Positions 18,314 to 27,022 of a stretch of 64,000 nt of DNA are shown here, one piece after another (the stretch's first letter is position 1; each line of letters opens with the position of its first letter). The stretch lies in contig PGYQ01000001.1 in NCBI GenBank assembly GCA_002839745.1, positions 16,775-80,774 on the forward strand, in the 5' to 3' direction. The notes under the pieces are model-generated. The model was not told the DNA's origin. It saw only the letters and a program-made list of their open reading frames with translations, and made no database searches. This stretch comes from Candidatus Kuenenbacteria bacterium HGW-Kuenenbacteria-1 (GTDB lineage Bacteria > Patescibacteriota > Patescibacteriia > UBA2591 > PGYQ01). The translations under genes and the position numbers were made by a program.

Positions 18314-20356
18314 ATGAATAAATTACTCACAATTTTTATTATTACTTTATTTTTTGGTTTCGCATTTCCAATAATGGCTTTAGTTCCAAATGATACTTAT
18401 TATTCAAAACAATGGTATTTACCGATAATTAAAGCAGATAAGGCTTGGGAAATTGCTAATAATTATTCTTCAGAAATTATTGTCGCTGTTTTAGATGCTG
18501 GTGTTGATATTAATCATCCAGATTTAAAAAATAATATTTGGACTAATCCTAATGAAATAAAAGGAAATGGAATTGATGATGATAAAAATGGTTATATAGA
18601 TGATATTAATGGTTGGGATTTTATTGAAGATTCAAATGATCCAAATCCTAAATTTCTTTCTAAATTTACTAAAGAAGCTATTAATCATGGGACAATAATA
18701 ACTGGAATAATAGCTGCTGAAGGCAATAATAATCAAGGAATAATTGGAATAAGTCCTAAAGCAAAAATTATGTGTTTGCGAGTTTTAAATGAGCAAGGAA
18801 ATGGAAACGACAGTTATATTGCTAAAGCTGTTGATTATGCTGTTAAAAATAAAGCGCGTGTTTTAAATTTAAGTTTTGTTGGAAGTAAAAAATCAGAACA
18901 ATTATCAAAAGCAATTGAACGCGCTTGGAAAGCAGGATTAATTATTGTTACAGCAGCAGGAAATGGTGATAAAAAATCAGAAACTCAAATACAAGGGATA
19001 AATTTAGATGAAATACCTTTATATCCAATTTGTTATAATGAGCAAGAAAATAAAATAATTGGAGTAGGCGCTGTTGACAATAAAGATCAAAAGACAAATT
19101 TTTCCAATTTTGGAAAAAATTATGTGGATATTTCTGCGCCGGGAATTGATTTTTATGGAACTCAGGTTTATAATTCCAATGAAGCGAATTATAAAGAATA
19201 TTATGGAGGATTTTATTCTGGAACTTCAATAGCTGCACCTCAAGTTACAGCAACAGCTGCTTTAATTTGGAGTCAATTTCCAAATTTAACAAATAAAGAA
19301 GTTCAAGATTTTATTTTAGATGGAGTTGATAATATTAGTGAACAAAATCCTGATTATAAAGATAAATTAGGAAAAGGAAGATTAAATGTTTATCAAGCTT
19401 TAAAATTGGCTCAAAGTTCCGAAGAAATTTTAAAAGGTAAAAAAATTTTTATAACATCTGATAAAGACAATAAAGTATATTTTAAAAAATTTAATATTGA
19501 TACTAATTTAAATTATCAACAAATAATTTATAGTCAACATTTTGATGGTGGCATTAATATGGCAATAGGAGATATTGATAAAGATGGAAAAGATGAAATT
19601 GTTACTGGTCCAAATATAGGCGAACCTTTAATAAAAATTTTTGATACAAATGGAAATTTAAAATTTCAATTTTTGGCTTATGATTTAGATTATAATAAAG
19701 GTATTAGTGTGGCAATAGGAGATATTGATGGAGATGGAAAAGATGAAATTATTACTGGTCCTAAGTCAGGCGAACCTTTAATAAAAATTTTTGATACAAA
19801 TGGAAATTTAAAATTTCAATTTTTGGCTTTTAATTCAAAATTTAAAGGCGGGGTTAATATAGCAACAGGCGATATTAATGGTGATAAACGAGATGAATTA
19901 ATTGTTAGTATTGCTTCGCAAGAAAGTTCTTATGTGAGAGTTTATAAATTACAAGAAAATGATTTATATCTTGAATTTCAAACAATGATTTTTAATTCAA
20001 AATTTAAAGGCGGGGTTAATATAGCAACAGGCGATATTAATGGTGACAAACGAGATGAATTAATTGTTAGTATTGCTTCGGAAGAAAGTTCTTATGTAAG
20101 AGTATATAAAATACAAGAAAATGATTTATATTTTGAATTTCAATTTATGGCTTATAGTTTTGATTTTAAAGGTGGGGTTAATATAGCAACAGGCGATATT
20201 GATGAAGACGGAAAAGATGAAATTATTACTAGTCAAAGAGAAGCAGGACAATCAATAGTGAAAATTTTTGATAAAAATGCTAATTTAAAAACCGAATTTA
20301 AATCTTTTGATTCTGAATTTCAAGGAGGAATTAATGTGGCAATTGGTAGTTTGTAG
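18314..20356 (+). CDS. Secreted S8 (subtilisin) serine protease with FG-GAP-like repeats
   Basis: Catalytic D (VLDAG), H (HGT), S (SGTS.AAP); repeats GDIDGDGKDEII. Confidence 0.9.
   Translation: MNKLLTIFIITLFFGFAFPIMALVPNDTYYSKQWYLPIIKADKAWEIANNYSSEIIVAVLDAGVDINHPDLKNNIWTNPNEIKGNGIDDDKNGYIDDINGWDFIEDSNDPNPKFLSKFTKEAINHGTIITGIIAAEGNNNQGIIGISPKAKIMCLRVLNEQGNGNDSYIAKAVDYAVKNKARVLNLSFVGSKKSEQLSKAIERAWKAGLIIVTAAGNGDKKSETQIQGINLDEIPLYPICYNEQENKIIGVGAVDNKDQKTNFSNFGKNYVDISAPGIDFYGTQVYNSNEANYKEYYGGFYSGTSIAAPQVTATAALIWSQFPNLTNKEVQDFILDGVDNISEQNPDYKDKLGKGRLNVYQALKLAQSSEEILKGKKIFITSDKDNKVYFKKFNIDTNLNYQQIIYSQHFDGGINMAIGDIDKDGKDEIVTGPNIGEPLIKIFDTNGNLKFQFLAYDLDYNKGISVAIGDIDGDGKDEIITGPKSGEPLIKIFDTNGNLKFQFLAFNSKFKGGVNIATGDINGDKRDELIVSIASQESSYVRVYKLQENDLYLEFQTMIFNSKFKGGVNIATGDINGDKRDELIVSIASEESSYVRVYKIQENDLYFEFQFMAYSFDFKGGVNIATGDIDEDGKDEIITSQREAGQSIVKIFDKNANLKTEFKSFDSEFQGGINVAIGSL
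19561..20143 (+). repeat. Intragenic tandem duplications (150-bp and 162-bp periods)
   Basis: 19561 vs 19711 and 19829 vs 19991 are near-identical at the DNA level. Confidence 0.85.
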
Positions 20357-20417
20357 AAAATTTTAAATTTGTTATTTTCTAAAAACCTAAAAAAGCTAAT
20401 TTCTAATTTCTATTTTT

Positions 20418-21524
20418 ATGTTTTCTCAAACAAAAGAAATTTTTAAAAAAAATATTTTAGTAACAGGAGGAGCTGGATTTATTGGTTCTCATCTTTGTGA
20501 GGAATTATTAAGATTAGAAAATGTTAATATTATTTGTCTAGATAATTTTTTAACCGGTCTTGAATTAAACATTGATCATCTTTTACAATTTCCTAATTTT
20601 GAATTTATTAAACATGATATTATAGAACCTATAAATTTAGAACTTTTTTTGAATTTAAAAAAATTTAAAATAAAATTAGGAGGGATACAAGAAATTTATC
20701 ATTTAGCTTGTCCTGCATCGCCAAAAGAATATCACAATCATTCAATTGAAACTTTATTGGTTAATTCTTTGGGAGTAAAAAACATTTTAGATTTAGCTAT
20801 TAAATATAAAGCTAAATTATTGCATTGTTCTGATGCGGCTATTTATGGTTCATCGCCATCTGATTTTACTCATCATTTTAAAGAAGAAGAAAAAGGTCAC
20901 GTTAATCCTGTAGGATTGCAAAGTTGTTATAATGAAGGAAAAAGATTTTCTGAGGCAATGGTTGCTAATTATCGACGTAAATTTTGTTTTATGCCAAATG
21001 AGGAAAAAATTAAAATAAGTCCAGAAATTTTTGAACAAATAACTCAAAAAGAAAATTTACAAGAAATTATACCATGGGCTAAAATTGTTCGTATTTTTAA
21101 TACTTATGGACCTCGAATGAAATTAGATGATGGAAGAATTATTCCAGATTTAATCAAACAAGCGATTTCAAATGAGCCAATGATGATTATTCAAAGAAAA
21201 GAAGAAGTAACTTCTTTTTGTTATATAGAAGATATAATAACTGGATTAATCAAAATAATGGATTCAAAAATAGAAGGGCCAATTAATTTAGGTGATCCTA
21301 ATATTTGGACAATTGAAGAAATTGCTGAATTAATCATTAAAATAAGTGGTAGTTCTTCTAAAATAATTTATAAAGAACGCCCTGATTATATGAGTCGAAT
21401 AGGTATACCAAATATTGATAAAGCAAAAAAATTATTAGAGTGGTTTCCAGTAATCTCTTTGACTGATGGGTTAATTAAAACTATTGAAATAATGCGCGCT
21501 AGTCGAATATTAAAACCATTTTAA
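20418..21524 (+). CDS. NAD-dependent epimerase/dehydratase, UDP-glucuronate decarboxylase-like
   Basis: TGGAGFIGSHL, HLACPASP, YNEGKR, RIFNTYGPRM. Confidence 0.88.
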   Translation: MFSQTKEIFKKNILVTGGAGFIGSHLCEELLRLENVNIICLDNFLTGLELNIDHLLQFPNFEFIKHDIIEPINLELFLNLKKFKIKLGGIQEIYHLACPASPKEYHNHSIETLLVNSLGVKNILDLAIKYKAKLLHCSDAAIYGSSPSDFTHHFKEEEKGHVNPVGLQSCYNEGKRFSEAMVANYRRKFCFMPNEEKIKISPEIFEQITQKENLQEIIPWAKIVRIFNTYGPRMKLDDGRIIPDLIKQAISNEPMMIIQRKEEVTSFCYIEDIITGLIKIMDSKIEGPINLGDPNIWTIEEIAELIIKISGSSSKIIYKERPDYMSRIGIPNIDKAKKLLEWFPVISLTDGLIKTIEIMRASRILKPF

Positions 21525-21565
21525 ATTTTATAATTTCTAATTTCTTTTTTTTAAAAAGTTATTTT

Positions 21566-22120
21566 ATGTTTGAAATACGTATTCATGGTCGAGGTGGACA
21601 GGGAGCAAAATCATCTGCTCAATTTATTGCCGAAGCGGCCTTAAAAGAAGGAAAATTTATTCAAGCTTTTTCTGAATATGGACCTGAACGATCAGGCGCT
21701 CCTGTTGTTGCTTATGTCCGAATTTCTGATCAAGAAATTAAAACTCATGAACCTGTGATTTGTCCAAGTGTTATTTTGGTTTTAGATGAAACTTTAATAA
21801 AAGCCGTTGATGTAGCTAAGGGATTAAAGAAAGATGGAATTTTAATAATTAATTCATCAAAAAATGCTGATGTTCAATTTCGTCATCTTTTTCAAAATAT
21901 AAAAATTTTAGATGCTTCAAGTATTGCTTTAGAATTTATTGGAAAAGACAAACCCAATACTGCAATGTTGGGCGCATTGGTCAAAATAACGCAAGTAGTA
22001 AAATTAGAAAATTTAATTAAGGTAATTAAAAAACATTTTTTAATTAAAGTGGGGGAGCAAGGTGCTAAAGCAAATATAACAGCAGTAAAGAAAGGATACT
22101 TAAGAAATTATAAATTATGA
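21566..22120 (+). CDS. porC: Pyruvate/2-oxoacid:ferredoxin oxidoreductase gamma subunit
   Basis: EIRIHGRGGQG, YGPERSGAP, PNTAMLGA. Confidence 0.9.
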   Translation: MFEIRIHGRGGQGAKSSAQFIAEAALKEGKFIQAFSEYGPERSGAPVVAYVRISDQEIKTHEPVICPSVILVLDETLIKAVDVAKGLKKDGILIINSSKNADVQFRHLFQNIKILDASSIALEFIGKDKPNTAMLGALVKITQVVKLENLIKVIKKHFLIKVGEQGAKANITAVKKGYLRNYKL

Positions 22121-22149
22121 ATTATAAATTAAATCGTAAATCTAAAATT

Positions 22150-22416
22150 ATGACAAAAAAAACAAAACAAAATTTAATTGGAGGAGTAATTGACAAACCA
22201 GGTTCTTCAAAAGAATGCAAAACAGGAGAATGGAAAACATTTTGTCCGATTTGGAATAAGGAAAAATGTATTCATTGTTTGCAATGCGTTCAATTTTGTC
22301 CAGAAAATTGTATTCCTGTTAAAAATAATAAACGATTAAAAACAAATTTAGACTATTGTAAGGGTTGTGGTATTTGCGCTCAAGTCTGTCCAATTAAAAT
22401 TATTAAAATGAAATAA
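22150..22416 (+). CDS. porD: 2-oxoacid:ferredoxin oxidoreductase delta subunit (2x[4Fe-4S])
   Basis: TGEWKT, CxxCxxCxxxCP twice, DYCKGCGICA; ATG at 22150 preferred. Confidence 0.9.
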   Translation: MTKKTKQNLIGGVIDKPGSSKECKTGEWKTFCPIWNKEKCIHCLQCVQFCPENCIPVKNNKRLKTNLDYCKGCGICAQVCPIKIIKMK

Positions 22417-22420
22417 ATTT

Positions 22421-22948
22421 ATGGAAACAATTTTAAATAATGAAAAAGAAAGTGAGTTTAAAGAAGCAAGAGAAATAGCAGTAAAATTTTTTTTGGAAAA
22501 ATTAGGTTTGATTAAAGAATTTAAAGAATTAATAGAAGTTGGGGAGACAACAATAATTAAAGAAGCTGATGTAATTATTTATCAAAATAGTAATAAAAAT
22601 TTAGTAGAAAATATTAGATTAAAAAACATAGAAATGCCTTTTGAAATAGGATTGGGGGATATAGAAGATAGAAAAATAGACAAAACTCATCTTTCTATTG
22701 TGATAGAAGTAGAAGAAAAATTAAAACAAGCAATTCGCGTAAATATATCAGGTTTATTATGGTTAGATAAAAATAAAAAAATAAATCTTGCATTTAATAG
22801 AGAGGAATATGAGAAATCATTATTAGGGTTGCTTGATGCTAAATATTTTCAAGAAACATTAAATCGTTATGAAATTGAAAAATTATGGATGTGCGGAGAA
22901 AAAGAAAATAAAGAAATTTTTGAAAGAATGAAAATTAAATATTTTTAA
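22421..22948 (+). CDS. Hypothetical protein inside the por operon
   Basis: 175-aa ORF with tight spacing to both neighbours; no recognised motif. Confidence 0.6.
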   Translation: METILNNEKESEFKEAREIAVKFFLEKLGLIKEFKELIEVGETTIIKEADVIIYQNSNKNLVENIRLKNIEMPFEIGLGDIEDRKIDKTHLSIVIEVEEKLKQAIRVNISGLLWLDKNKKINLAFNREEYEKSLLGLLDAKYFQETLNRYEIEKLWMCGEKENKEIFERMKIKYF

Positions 22949-22956
22949 AAATATAA

Positions 22957-24120
22957 ATGAAAAATGAAAAAATAAAATTAAATATTAAAGCATTGACTGG
23001 AGCTGAGGCTGTGGCTGAAGCAATGAGACAAATAAATCCCAGCGTTGTTTCTATTTATCCAATTACTCCTCAAACACCTATTATAGAAAAATTTAGTAAA
23101 TTTGTGGCTAATGGATTGGTTGATTCAGAAATAATTACTGTTGAATCTGAGCATTCAGCAATGAGTGCAGTTGTAGGAGCTCAAGCCAGTGGAGTACGAG
23201 CAATGACTGCCACTTCTTCGCAGGGGTTAGCTTTAATGTGGGAAATTCTTGGAATAGCTAGTGGTTTACGTTTACCAATTGTGATGCCAGTAGTTAATCG
23301 AGCTTTGTCAGCGCCATTAAATATTCATTGCGATCATTCTGATTCAATGGGTTGTCGAGATTTTGGTTGGATACAAATTTATTCAGAAAATAATCAAGAG
23401 GCTTATGAAAATATTTTATTAGCAATGAAAGTGGCTGAGCAAGTAAAATTGCCAGCTATGGTCATGCAGGATGGATTTATTACTTCACATTGCGTGGAAG
23501 CAGTAAAAATTTTACCAGATAAAATTGTTCAAAAATTTTTAGAAAAATATCAGCCAGCGTATTCATTATTAGATATAAAGAATCCTATTACTGTTGGTTC
23601 ATTTATTTCACAGCCATGTTTTTTTGAAATAAAATGTCAGCAAATCAAAGCTATGGAACAAGTGAAAAAAGTTTATTTACAAACTGGAAAAGAATTTTCA
23701 AGAATTACTAAACGAAAATATGAATATTTTGAAAAATATAAATTAGATGATGCTGAGTATGGAATTGTTGTGATGAGTTCTACAGCTGGTACAGTTAAGG
23801 CAGTGGTTGATAAAATGCGAAGTATAGGGTTTAAAGTGGGATTATTAAAACCAATTTTATTTAGGCCATTTCCTTATCAAGAGATAGCGCAAGCCTTAGC
23901 GCATCTTAAAGCAGTTGCCATTTTAGATCGTTCAGTTTCTGTAGGAGCTTTCCCTCCGCTTTACAGCGAAATTGTCAATTGTCAATTGTTAAATGTTAAA
24001 TGTCAAAGTTATATTTTTGGTTTGGGCGGGCAAGATATTTTTGAAAAAGATATTGAAAAAGTTTTTATGGATTTGTTAAATAAAAAAATTAATAAGAAAG
24101 AAATTAAATATATTAAGTAA
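22957..24120 (+). CDS. porA: 2-oxoacid:ferredoxin oxidoreductase alpha subunit
   Basis: YPITPQT, ESEHSAMS, TATSSQGL, NRALSAP, DGF..SH. Confidence 0.93.
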   Translation: MKNEKIKLNIKALTGAEAVAEAMRQINPSVVSIYPITPQTPIIEKFSKFVANGLVDSEIITVESEHSAMSAVVGAQASGVRAMTATSSQGLALMWEILGIASGLRLPIVMPVVNRALSAPLNIHCDHSDSMGCRDFGWIQIYSENNQEAYENILLAMKVAEQVKLPAMVMQDGFITSHCVEAVKILPDKIVQKFLEKYQPAYSLLDIKNPITVGSFISQPCFFEIKCQQIKAMEQVKKVYLQTGKEFSRITKRKYEYFEKYKLDDAEYGIVVMSSTAGTVKAVVDKMRSIGFKVGLLKPILFRPFPYQEIAQALAHLKAVAILDRSVSVGAFPPLYSEIVNCQLLNVKCQSYIFGLGGQDIFEKDIEKVFMDLLNKKINKKEIKYIK

Positions 24121-24202
24121 TTATAAATCAAAAACCTGTAACTAGTAATTAGCACAGAAATTAAAATAATTATAATTTTCTAAAAATAGAAAACTAATTT
24201 AT

Positions 24203-25126
24203 ATGGATTTAAAAATATTAACTCAAAAAATTCAAGAACAAAATCGTTTTGTTTGTGGACATCGGACGTGCGCTGGTTGCGCTATTCCAATTATTGTTAG
24301 AACAATTTTGTCTGCCAGTAAAGATCCAGTGGTTGTTGTAAGCGCTACTGGTTGTCTTGAAATAGTTTCTAGCGTTTATCCTCAAACATCGTGGAATGTT
24401 CCATGGATGCACAATGCTTTTGAAAATACTTCTGCGACAATTTCTGGAATTGAATGTGCCTATTCTTTTTTAAAGAAAAAAGGGAAATTAAAAAAGAAAA
24501 TAAATTTTGTTGTTTTTGGCGGAGATGGCGGAACCTATGACATTGGATTGCAATCTTTGTCTGGCGCTTTGGAACGAGGGCATAATTTTGTTTATGTTTG
24601 CTATGACAATGAAGCCTATATGAATACTGGAAATCAACGATCTTCTTCAACGCCATATGGCGCGAGCACGACTACTACGCCAGAAGGAAAAACACATCAT
24701 GGGAAAGAAGTTTTTAAAAAAGATTTAATTAAAATTGTTGCGGCTCATAATATTCCTTATGTTGCTCAATCCGCTGTTCATTATTGGTCTGATTTATATC
24801 AAAAAGCTGAAAAGGCTTTTCAAGTTAATGGTCCGGCAGTGTTAAATGTTTTTTCGCCTTGTCAATTAAATTGGAAATTTCCTTGTGATTTAACAATTCA
24901 AATTTCAAAAATGGCTGTTGAAACTTGTTTGTGGCCTTTGTATGAAATAGAAAATAAACAATATAAATTAAATTATCAACCAAGAGAAAAGTTGCCAGTT
25001 GAAGAATTTTTAAAAATGCAAAAAAGATTCTCCCATCTTTTCAAACCAGAAAATAAAAAAATTATTAAAACAATCCAAGAGAAAGTGGATGAGAAATGGG
25101 AGGAGTTAAGAAATTATAAATTATAA
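24203..25126 (+). CDS. porB: 2-oxoacid:ferredoxin oxidoreductase beta subunit (TPP-binding)
   Basis: GH..CAGC, ATGCLE, GGDGG.YDIG, DNEAYMNTG.Q. Confidence 0.93.
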   Translation: MDLKILTQKIQEQNRFVCGHRTCAGCAIPIIVRTILSASKDPVVVVSATGCLEIVSSVYPQTSWNVPWMHNAFENTSATISGIECAYSFLKKKGKLKKKINFVVFGGDGGTYDIGLQSLSGALERGHNFVYVCYDNEAYMNTGNQRSSSTPYGASTTTTPEGKTHHGKEVFKKDLIKIVAAHNIPYVAQSAVHYWSDLYQKAEKAFQVNGPAVLNVFSPCQLNWKFPCDLTIQISKMAVETCLWPLYEIENKQYKLNYQPREKLPVEEFLKMQKRFSHLFKPENKKIIKTIQEKVDEKWEELRNYKL

Positions 25127-25132
25127 ATTAAG

Positions 25133-25284
25133 AAACCCCCTTAATCCCCCTTATCAGGGGGACAGAATTGATTAGCCCCTTCGATAAAGAAGTTGGGGAT
25201 TTAATTAGCCCCCTTGATAAAGGGGGTTGGGGGATTTCTTAAAGACAAAAGAAACCCCCTTAATCCCCTTTATCAGGGAGACTT
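25133..25284. repeat. Cluster of CCCCCTT(N)AAGGGGG-type palindromic repeats in both orientations
   Basis: Copies at 25133, 25208 (reverse) and 25252 plus one decayed copy; further copies at about 28524 and 39437. Confidence 0.85.
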
Positions 25285-25411
25285 TACGGAAGAAGGATTT
25301 TCAAAATTATTTTTATTTTTTGTAGAACATCCCAACCGTATTAGCTATCCTTGCTAAAATTGTAAAAGCTAGTTTAATATCAATTTAAAATTTAAAATTC
25401 ATAATTATTTT

Positions 25412-27022
25412 ATGTACCTCCCAATTATTGGATTAGAAATCCATATACAATTAAAAACCAAATCTAAAATGTTTTGCAGTTGTGATAATTCTGGAGAAAA
25501 TCAACCTCCAAACACAACAATTTGTCCTGTTTGTATGGGATTTCCTGGATCTTTGCCCGTGATAAATAGACAAGCTGTAGAATGGACTATTTTAATGGGT
25601 TTGGCTTTGGATGGAAAAATTGCTGAATTTTCTAAATTTGATCGTAAAAATTATTTTTATCCTGATTTGCCAAAAGGCTATCAGATTTCACAATACGATT
25701 TTCCATTTGTGCAAAATGGATATTTAATTATCCCTGATTTGAATAAAAAAATTCGAATCAATCGGATTCATTTGGAAGAGGATGCGGCGAAATTACAACA
25801 TTCTCAAAATAAAAAATATAGTTTAGTGGATTTTAATCGATCTAGTACGCCATTAATGGAAGTTGTTACTGAGCCAGATTTTAGAACTTCACAAGAAGCA
25901 AAAAATTTTTTGCAAGAATTGAGACTAATTGCGCGTTATCAAGAAATTTCAGATGCTGATATGGAAAAAGGACATTTGCGATGTGATGCCAATATTTCAT
26001 TGATGCCTTTGAAAGAATTGGATGGTATAAATGATTTTGACGCGAAAAAATTTTTAGATAAACTTTATCCGAAAACCGAAATAAAAAATTTAAATTCTTT
26101 TAAGGCAGTTGAGAAAGCATTGGAATATGAAATACGAAGACAAACAAAATTATGGGAGCAAAAGAATCCTCCCAAAGAACAAACAACGCGTGGTTGGGAT
26201 GAAAACAAAGAAATTACAGTAGAACAACGGACAAAAGAGGAAGCACATGATTATCGTTATTTTCCAGAACCGGATTTACCTCCGTTATACATTAAAGAAA
26301 AAAAAGATGATACAAATGATTCATCAAAAATAATTTTAGAACAAATACGATTACAATTAAAAGAATTACCGCAACAAAAAAGAATAAGATTTATGGAAGA
26401 ATATGGATTTACTTTAGATGAAGTAAAAATTTTGACAGAAAATTGCGCCTTATCTTATTACACCGAACAAGTGATTTCTGAATTAAGAGAATGGTTTTTT
26501 TCTTTTGATAAAATTCAAGAAAAACAAAGAGAAAAAGTATGGCAGGAAAATAAAGAAAAATTGCATAAATTAGCGGCAAGTTGGCTAATAAATCGTTTGG
26601 CAAAATATTTATCCAATACGAAAATTAAAATTCCTATTTGTCTTTCTAAAAACGATTTAGAATTTTGGAAAAAACAATCATTAAAAATTTCTCCGGAAAA
26701 TTTTGCCGAGTTATTATGTTTAATTTATAAAAATAAAATTAATCAAATTAATGCGCAAAAAGTTTTAGAAAAAATGTTTAAAACAGGTGCTGATCCATCA
26801 GACATTATGCGAGAACAAGGATTGGAACAGGTGAGTGATGAGATAGAATTAGAAAATTTAGTTAAGAAAGTAATTGAAAATAATTTGGAAATTGTTAAGG
26901 AATATAAAAATGGCAAAGAAAGTGTTTTACAATTTTTAATTGGGCAAGCAATGAAAGAATCAAAAGGCAAAGCCAATCCGCAGATTATAATGGAAATTTT
27001 GAAGAAGATAATAATATTATAA
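25412..27022 (+). CDS. gatB: Asp/Glu-tRNA amidotransferase subunit B
   Basis: IGLEIH.QL.TKSKMFC, FDRKNYFYPDLPKGYQISQ, DYRYFPEPDLPP. Confidence 0.97.
   Translation: MYLPIIGLEIHIQLKTKSKMFCSCDNSGENQPPNTTICPVCMGFPGSLPVINRQAVEWTILMGLALDGKIAEFSKFDRKNYFYPDLPKGYQISQYDFPFVQNGYLIIPDLNKKIRINRIHLEEDAAKLQHSQNKKYSLVDFNRSSTPLMEVVTEPDFRTSQEAKNFLQELRLIARYQEISDADMEKGHLRCDANISLMPLKELDGINDFDAKKFLDKLYPKTEIKNLNSFKAVEKALEYEIRRQTKLWEQKNPPKEQTTRGWDENKEITVEQRTKEEAHDYRYFPEPDLPPLYIKEKKDDTNDSSKIILEQIRLQLKELPQQKRIRFMEEYGFTLDEVKILTENCALSYYTEQVISELREWFFSFDKIQEKQREKVWQENKEKLHKLAASWLINRLAKYLSNTKIKIPICLSKNDLEFWKKQSLKISPENFAELLCLIYKNKINQINAQKVLEKMFKTGADPSDIMREQGLEQVSDEIELENLVKKVIENNLEIVKEYKNGKESVLQFLIGQAMKESKGKANPQIIMEILKKIIIL

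Noticed and set aside
19561-20143. Near-identical repeats as a DGR template/variable pair
   Set aside because: Both copies are in-frame in one gene, the differences are not adenine-specific and there is no reverse transcriptase in the window
25133-25284. CRISPR array (also considered for 28051-28556)
   Set aside because: Repeats vary in sequence and orientation, spacing is irregular and no cas genes are present
27017-27022. gatB and miaA share the palindromic TTATAA as Leu-stop on both strands
   Set aside because: Real, but expected by chance for convergent genes in an AT-rich compact genome
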